A stretch of DNA of 64,000 nucleotides, from positions 68,045 to 132,044 of the forward strand of contig JADFXQ010000001.1 of the NCBI GenBank assembly GCA_015233495.1, read 5' to 3'. Of this stretch, positions 58,646 through 64,000 are shown one piece after another; position 1 is the stretch's first letter, and every line of letters begins with the position of its first letter. The notes under the pieces are model-generated. The model was not told the DNA's origin. It worked only from the letters and a program-made list of their open reading frames with translations, and did no database searches. A program made the position numbers and the translations under genes. The stretch is from Candidatus Omnitrophota bacterium. Lineage in GTDB: Bacteria; Omnitrophota; Gorgyraeia; Zapsychrales; Zapsychraceae.

Positions 58646-59415
58646 GGATATATTTTGGAAGGATAACCCAATGACTTTATCTGTTCTTGCGCCTGCCGCG
58701 CCTCATTTAAAGTCGAAAATTTACCGACGCGGACCCGGAAATATCTTTTGCCGTTATCTGCCATCTCGGATATATAGGGCTTCAAATTTTTCGACTTCAT
58801 TTCGGAAAGCAATTGTTCCGACCGCGCCCGCTCCGTGAATGACCCGCTCTGGATAGAGAAAAACGGCTCTTCTTTCAGCAATTCGGCGGCATATTCCGAT
58901 TCAAAACTTTTCGGAAAATCCAGAGTAATTTTGCTCAGCAAAACCCGGCCATCCTCCCAACGTCCCAATTTTAAATCAATCCGCGCTTTTCTGTAAAAAT
59001 ATAAACTCAAAGCGTCGGATTGCGGATGAGCCGCCAAACATTTCTCAATTCCCGCCAAAGCCGCTTCGTATTTTTCCTCGGAATAATTTAGATCCACCAT
59101 TGCCAAGTCCACCTGTTCCCTTAACAAAGCATCCTTAACTTCAGAGTCCAAAGCCTGCAGCACGGCGGAAGCTTTCGCGTTTTCACCAGCGCGCAGGTAA
59201 ATCAAACCCAGATAATAACGTCCGCGCCAAATATTCAAATCCTGACTTTGCGCCGCCAAAAGCGGTTCTGCCAAAATCCGCACTTCTTTATCATCTTGAC
59301 GGATAAACGCGCTCTCGATTTGAGATAAATCCGCGGCAGAAAATCCGCAGCAGAACAACCAAACGTTTAACAGGCCAAGTCCCGCAAATAATAAACGCAT
59401 ATTCATCCTTTCCAA
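58642..59415 (-). CDS. TPR-repeat protein with C-terminal SPOR (peptidoglycan-binding) domain
   Basis: Signal peptide. TPR-like helices. C-terminal FSIQSGSFTERARSEQLLSEMKSKNLKPYI...YFRVRVGKFSTLNEARQAQEQIK has the SPOR pattern. Confidence 0.55.
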   Translation of the reverse strand: MERMNMRLLFAGLGLLNVWLFCCGFSAADLSQIESAFIRQDDKEVRILAEPLLAAQSQDLNIWRGRYYLGLIYLRAGENAKASAVLQALDSEVKDALLREQVDLAMVDLNYSEEKYEAALAGIEKCLAAHPQSDALSLYFYRKARIDLKLGRWEDGRVLLSKITLDFPKSFESEYAAELLKEEPFFSIQSGSFTERARSEQLLSEMKSKNLKPYISEMADNGKRYFRVRVGKFSTLNEARQAQEQIKSLGYPSKIYP

Positions 59416-59825
59416 AGCATCAACCCTGTCCTCGGGTCAATCTCCCGTTGTAAAATTCCCCCGGTTAATTCTTCAATAAAATATTCCGCGGCAAAAATGA
59501 CCGAACCCGGCATCAAATGCCCGGCGTAACAATGCCCTTGAAGATCCGCGAACGTAACGTGGGCGTGCACAAAAATTTCGCCGTCCTTCAAAGAAACATT
59601 GGCAAGACAGGACGCGATTTCCAATTTTTTTTCCAATTCCACGCAATAAATATACTTCTGATTCACCTGATCATAATACCCCAGCCGCCCCCGCGTTACC
59701 GCTCCGATAACCTGCGCCGTTCCTAACCGAATATTTTCCAGCCGGCAAAACCGGTTCAACTCCTCCAGCAAATCCGTTTCCGCCTCAAACCGCCCGATAA
59801 ATGCTCGTCCACGTTTCACTTCCAT
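59403..59825 (-). CDS. PPC (DUF296) domain protein
   Basis: 140 aa. The conserved DUF296 pattern (GTAQVIGAV...HAHV..AD....YAGHL) is present. Confidence 0.55.
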   Translation of the reverse strand: MEVKRGRAFIGRFEAETDLLEELNRFCRLENIRLGTAQVIGAVTRGRLGYYDQVNQKYIYCVELEKKLEIASCLANVSLKDGEIFVHAHVTFADLQGHCYAGHLMPGSVIFAAEYFIEELTGGILQREIDPRTGLMLWKG

Positions 59826-59964
59826 AAATTTACTCGTTTCTTCATACGTCCCTGACGCAAGCCCAATGCAGGTGTGTCGTAGTTTTTTCTTACCACTGTC
59901 CTATCCTATAGCAAAACCGCGCGCCTTTAAACAGCCACAATACATCAATCTCCACCGAAGCTTT

Positions 59965-60939
59965 TCACGAATGAAAAATCTTTCCATTCAAATAATCTTC
60001 AATGATCTGTTTATGATCAAACGCGTACTCCAACCGCAGCAAATCATCTCTGGCAACGACCCGCAAGGCCTTGGCATCATCGCCGGAAGCCGGCGTTCCT
60101 TTCCCTGCGCCCACAAACACCGTGCTCACCGTATGAAACCGCGGGTCGCGCCCCGGGTCCGAATAAATATGCAACTGCCGAAAATCAACAAAATCCAAAT
60201 GTGTCTCTTCCTTAACTTCGCGGCAAACCGCTTGTTCCAAACTTTCTCCATAATCCACAAACCCGCCGGGTAAAGCAAAACCAAATGGCGGATTCGAACG
60301 TTCGATCACCACAATGCCTTGCGGCATCTCAATAATCGCGTCCACCGTGACATAAGGTCCGTCACCCAGCGTGTCTTGAATATGCGTGACATAACCGGCA
60401 ACTGTGGTCATAAACGTCTCATACGCGGCGGCGTCGTAAAGGCAAAATACAACCTCCTTTAAACCCGGGTTAGCCCGCGCATCTTGCCTCCTTTGAACCC
60501 ATCCGGCCTGTTTAGCGTATTTCATCACCTCCTGCGCCATGATTTTTGCCGCGCCAACCAAAGAAAATTTTCCCACGCCGCACCCCAAAGCGGGAAAAGC
60601 GAGAGATTGAATCCCCAGCTCATCTGCCAATGCTAAAGAGCTCGCGCAAGACCGGCGGATTTTATGTTCATCCGTATGAAAATCCATGCCCATAGTAGCG
60701 GCGTGAATCACAAAACGCGCCGGAAGTTTACCCGCATTAGTCCAAACCGCCTCGCCGATTTCAACCGGACCTTTTTTCATCGCCTCCGTCTCAATCTGAG
60801 CGCCGCCTTTTTTGCGAATAACACCTGCCACGCCGCCGCCCATTTCAAAACGGTTGTTCGCTGGATTCACAATCGCGTCAACAGATAATTCCGTTATATC
60901 GCCGCAAATAATTTTTAATTCCATATTTTTAATTTTCAC
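59965..60939 (-). CDS. Macro domain - NUDIX hydrolase fusion protein
   Basis: N-terminal Macro (IICGDITELSVDAIVNPANN...GGGVAG). C-terminal Nudix box GGFVDYGESLEQAVCREVKEETHL. Confidence 0.7.
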   Translation of the reverse strand: MKIKNMELKIICGDITELSVDAIVNPANNRFEMGGGVAGVIRKKGGAQIETEAMKKGPVEIGEAVWTNAGKLPARFVIHAATMGMDFHTDEHKIRRSCASSLALADELGIQSLAFPALGCGVGKFSLVGAAKIMAQEVMKYAKQAGWVQRRQDARANPGLKEVVFCLYDAAAYETFMTTVAGYVTHIQDTLGDGPYVTVDAIIEMPQGIVVIERSNPPFGFALPGGFVDYGESLEQAVCREVKEETHLDFVDFRQLHIYSDPGRDPRFHTVSTVFVGAGKGTPASGDDAKALRVVARDDLLRLEYAFDHKQIIEDYLNGKIFHS

Positions 60940-62413
60940 GCTTGCCCCTCCCTCTCCCCATATTCCGGCCCCTCAACTTTTCCGCAATCCCCTTTGCCAC
61001 CGCCAGCGCCTCATCCTTTGTCTTAATCTTTCCCAAGGCTTGTTGTTCTTCGACCGCGCTTAATATTCTAGCGAACAAAGGCGACGGTGTCAGCCGCAAT
61101 CCACGGATCAAATCGTCCCCGTTAATCAAGCGGACAAAGGGCTTCTCCCGCAGTTTCGCGAAATACTGTTCTAAAACCTGTTCGCAGATGCGGGTATGAT
61201 GCGCTGCGTCTTTTTTGGTAGTCAACGGTCCGGCAGTGGCCGCTTGATCCGCCATCGCCAGAATCAATACCGCCGGCGCCAATTCCCCGGCGTCCCGCAT
61301 AAAACGGTACACGGCACGGGAGGTCGGCTGGCGAAAATTCGCCAAATAACCGGGCCGCAGATGGAGCAAAACCAGATTTTCTAAACTGTGCCTCTCTGGA
61401 ACTGAAAGCTTGAGTTGTTTCGCCACATAACGGCAAACGCGCTTCCCGGCATGCTCATGGCTATGAAACGTGAAGCGGCCTTCCTCAAAACGCCGGGTTT
61501 CCGGCTTGCCAATATCATGTAAAAGCAAGGCCAGACGAATCAAGGCCAGACGGGAATGATTCGCGGCCACCGGGGTTTCTAAATAAACAGCGACGTCCGG
61601 ATTCTGGCTAACCCGGTTTAAAATATTTTCCAATTGACGGACTGACTCCAAAGTATGCTTCCACACGTCAAGATGATGATACCCGCCTTGCGCGCATTTA
61701 CCCATAACCGTGATTTGCGGGATGATCTTGGCCAACAATCCGGCGCGGTCCATTTCCGTTAAAACAGCCGCGGCGCGCGGCGACGCCAAAATTTTGAATA
61801 GCTCATCCCGGACGCGTTCCATAGAAACCGCGCGGATCAAATCCGCGTCGACACGGATCCGGGCCAGCGTGGTTCTTTCGATCTTAAAACCAACCGCCGC
61901 CCGCAAACTGAAGGCCCGCAGCATACGCAAAGGATCTTCCCGCATCGCCGCAGCAGAAACCATGCGGATCGTTTTCAATTTTAAATCGCGGAGGCCTTGT
62001 TGCTGATCTTGAATCAAAAGCGGCAAAGAATTTTTGCCGGCTATCTTGAGCAAATCCACTGCCAGGGTGTTGATCGTAAAATCCCGATGCGCCAAATCGC
62101 CCCGCAGGGTTTTGGCGCGGTAGTCCGCAAAATCAAACGTGGTAATTTTGCCGTCGATTTTTTTGACTACCCGGCCGCAGCCGTGTTCAACGTCTAAAAG
62201 CACAAACGCCCCCCGGATCTGCTTCGCGAATTTTTCCGCCAAAGCGACTGCTCCGGTCTGAACGGCGAAATCAAAATCCCGCGACTCCCGTCCCAATAAA
62301 TAATCCCGCAGAAAACCGCCGATCAAAAACACCCCGGCAGGTTTTTGCGAATCCCCCGAAACAAGCGCCTGTAAATTTTCTAAGTAAGGAATATGTGATG
62401 CTGGATATTTCAT
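60929..62413 (-). CDS. cca: CCA-adding enzyme / tRNA nucleotidyltransferase with HD domain
   Basis: Pol-beta NTase head (GGFLRDYLLGRESRDFDF), RMLRA motif, and HD domain (LLLHDIGK). Confidence 0.8.
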   Translation of the reverse strand: MKYPASHIPYLENLQALVSGDSQKPAGVFLIGGFLRDYLLGRESRDFDFAVQTGAVALAEKFAKQIRGAFVLLDVEHGCGRVVKKIDGKITTFDFADYRAKTLRGDLAHRDFTINTLAVDLLKIAGKNSLPLLIQDQQQGLRDLKLKTIRMVSAAAMREDPLRMLRAFSLRAAVGFKIERTTLARIRVDADLIRAVSMERVRDELFKILASPRAAAVLTEMDRAGLLAKIIPQITVMGKCAQGGYHHLDVWKHTLESVRQLENILNRVSQNPDVAVYLETPVAANHSRLALIRLALLLHDIGKPETRRFEEGRFTFHSHEHAGKRVCRYVAKQLKLSVPERHSLENLVLLHLRPGYLANFRQPTSRAVYRFMRDAGELAPAVLILAMADQAATAGPLTTKKDAAHHTRICEQVLEQYFAKLREKPFVRLINGDDLIRGLRLTPSPLFARILSAVEEQQALGKIKTKDEALAVAKGIAEKLRGRNMGRGRGKREN

Positions 62414-62555
62414 GACATGAATATGACCGGATTTGCTTGCCCGCAGAATATTATAGCGTTAAAATTTCCGCCGCCGCAACCCAATAAGCAGACTCTTGTG
62501 TTTCCCAATGATTATAACAGCGCTGAAGATAGATGCCCCTGGAATATGCCGCCGA

Positions 62556-62957
62556 CTATTTAAAGACCACCGCGTGCTGCATGACGTCATCATCAACGAA
62601 AATAGGCGCCTCGGTCCGGACCGCCAAGGCAATGCCATCGGAAGGGCGGCAGTCGATAATCTTAGTGATGCCGTCTTTAAGCCGCAGATAAATCTTCGCG
62701 TGAAATGTATTTTCAATCATTTTGTCAATAACTAAGCTTTCCATTTGGGCATCGACCGTTTTGATCATCGTCAAGATCAAGTCATGAGTGAGCGGACGCG
62801 AAGCCGCGACACCGGCGATCCGCATCTGAATGCTGGAGGCTTCCAAAAATCCGATCACGATTGGGAACTGGCGGTCTCCCGCCTTTTCTTTTAAAACAAT
62901 GATCTGATCTTGGCGTTTTTCATCAATTATGATCTTGCTCAGCTCTACAGCAACCAT
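62556..62957 (-). CDS. bifunctional nuclease (BFN/DUF151) family protein
   Basis: 133 aa. The conserved DUF151 core (PIVIG..EA..I.......RP.THDL) is present. Confidence 0.55.
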   Translation of the reverse strand: MVAVELSKIIIDEKRQDQIIVLKEKAGDRQFPIVIGFLEASSIQMRIAGVAASRPLTHDLILTMIKTVDAQMESLVIDKMIENTFHAKIYLRLKDGITKIIDCRPSDGIALAVRTEAPIFVDDDVMQHAVVFK

Positions 62958-62958
62958 A

Positions 62959-63414
62959 TTATTTTTCTTTATCCAAGATGACTTTCAATTCCTTCATAAA
63001 CTGATTAACGTCTTTAAACTGACGATAGACGGAAGCGAACCGCACATAGGCGACCTCGTCCAAATTGGCCAATTTTTCCATGATCATTTCGCCGATTTCT
63101 TTTGACGCCACATCCCGGTCGAATTTTTTCTGTACCGCGCGTTCCACTTCCAAGGCGACCTCTTCTACCTTGTCCATAATCGGCCGTTTTTCGCAAGCCT
63201 TGATCAAACCGTTGATAATTTTCTTGCGGTCAAACAACTGCCTCTGGCCGTCGCGTTTCACCACCATGAGAGGGACCTGCTCCACATATTCATACGTGGT
63301 AAACCTTTTGCCGCATTCCAGACACTCCCGCCGGCGGCGGATCGACCCGCCGTCCGCGCTTTCCCGGGAATCAATGACTTTAGTATCTAAGTGGCCGCAC
63401 GAGGGACATTTCAT
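62959..63414 (-). CDS. nrdR: transcriptional repressor NrdR
   Basis: MKCPSCGH...CLECGKRF zinc ribbon plus ATP-cone. 151 aa. Confidence 0.92.
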   Translation of the reverse strand: MKCPSCGHLDTKVIDSRESADGGSIRRRRECLECGKRFTTYEYVEQVPLMVVKRDGQRQLFDRKKIINGLIKACEKRPIMDKVEEVALEVERAVQKKFDRDVASKEIGEMIMEKLANLDEVAYVRFASVYRQFKDVNQFMKELKVILDKEK

Positions 63415-64000
63415 ATATAAATCGGAAAAGCGCGGGTCAAAGCTTCCACTGCCTGCCGGACTTCCGCTAATTTTGCTTCCTCATTTCGCAACACCACCGT
63501 CCGGTCAATCAATCCGGCAATCTGGCGCATTTGCTCTTCTTTCATGCCCCGCGTGGTCACTGCCGGCGTGCCGATACGAATTCCGCTGGTAACGGTCGGC
63601 GGCTGCGGGTCAAAGGGAATTAAATTTTTATTCACCGTAATCCGCACGCGATCCAGCAGATGGGTGATCTCTTTTCCGGTGATATTTTTGGAACGCAAAT
63701 CAACCATAAACAAATGATTATCTGTGCCGCCGGAAACAATGCGATACCCCAAACGGATCATTTGATCCGCGAACGTCTGGGCATTGGCCACAATTTGGCG
63801 TTGATATTTTTTAAAATCATCGCGCAAAGCCTCCTGAAATGCCACCGCCTTGGCCGCGATCACGTGCATCAAAGGGCCGCCTTGGATCCCGGGAAAAATC
63901 CGGGAGTCGATTTTTTTCGCGAATTCTGCCCGGCAGAGAATCATCCCGCCGCGCGGCCCGCGCAGAGTCTTATGCGTGGTTGTAGTCACAAATTCCGCGT
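63411..64000 (-). CDS. glyA: serine hydroxymethyltransferase, C-terminal part (gene continues beyond window end)
   Basis: [17 protein letters not shown]-lysine region and an SHMT C-terminal domain. The reading frame stays open through position 64000. Confidence 0.9.
   Translation of the reverse strand, partial: AEFVTTTTHKTLRGPRGGMILCRAEFAKKIDSRIFPGIQGGPLMHVIAAKAVAFQEALRDDFKKYQRQIVANAQTFADQMIRLGYRIVSGGTDNHLFMVDLRSKNITGKEITHLLDRVRITVNKNLIPFDPQPPTVTSGIRIGTPAVTTRGMKEEQMRQIAGLIDRTVVLRNEEAKLAEVRQAVEALTRAFPIYI

Overview
This 64 kb window is a gene-dense chromosomal segment, about 50% GC, from an unidentified diderm (Gram-negative) bacterium. The lineage call rests on LptD, a MipA/OmpV barrel, an AsmA/TamB-like protein, HrcA/CIRCE heat-shock control and dense c-di-GMP signalling. 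Almost all genes are on the minus strand. The ORF track uses alternative start codons (for example grpE begins TTG), so several starts were re-set using upstream SD sequences or overlapping regulatory elements. No rRNA, tRNA or CRISPR arrays were found.

Content from start to end:
- 1..3870: a nucleotide-sugar block. manC runs off the window start and is absent from the ORF track. It is followed by a DegT aminotransferase, a Gmd/Rmd-like SDR and an NTP-transferase.
- 3867..10472: small secreted or lipoproteins, MipA, DJ-1/PfpI, and a 1072-aa AsmA/TamB-like protein.
- 10429..14222: RdgB, a large secreted histidine-phosphatase fusion protein, and a HicAB toxin-antitoxin pair.
- 14285..22476: RNase PH, a queD-queC-queE-queF operon, murI, an AmiC-type amidase, a secretin-like protein, rsmB, and a heptose-type GHMP kinase.
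- 22486..31083: a second sugar locus. It contains a B12-radical-SAM enzyme, an SDR epimerase, a TPP E1 alpha/beta pair, UDP-xylose synthase and two UDP-sugar dehydrogenases.
- 31124..39071: lptD, a ROK kinase, PilZ plus two tandem GAF-GGDEF cyclases, an orphan MalK-like ATPase, and accD.
- 39214..41627: a DUF1015 protein, VanZ, and a VapBC toxin-antitoxin pair.
- 41760..51544: the heat-shock region. It reads FmdB zinc ribbon, dnaJ, dnaK, grpE, hrcA (with a CIRCE operator), two hypothetical proteins, and clpB (with a second CIRCE).
- 51695..64000: a MazEF-like pair, hflX, a DinD/Bro-N protein, a large sensor-like protein split by a poly-G frameshift, miaA, a TPR-SPOR protein, a PPC protein, a Macro-Nudix fusion, cca, a BFN nuclease, nrdR, and glyA (partial).

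The five most unusual signals:
1. A previously unrecognised family of ~115-140 bp intergenic elements occurs in five copies. Each has terminal inverted arrays of the heptamer GACACAAG/CTTGTGTC and a conserved AT-rich core, and copies occur in both orientations.
2. Two paralogous secreted proteins share a ~450-aa N-terminal domain of unknown function. One is fused to a histidine phosphatase and the other to a histidine-kinase-type ATPase.
3. A G8 homopolymer splits that ATPase paralog by a frameshift. This is either a phase-variation tract or a sequencing error.
4. A ~200-nt 6S-RNA-like extended hairpin lies just downstream of clpB.
5. A second long hairpin sits inside the hrcA-grpE operon.
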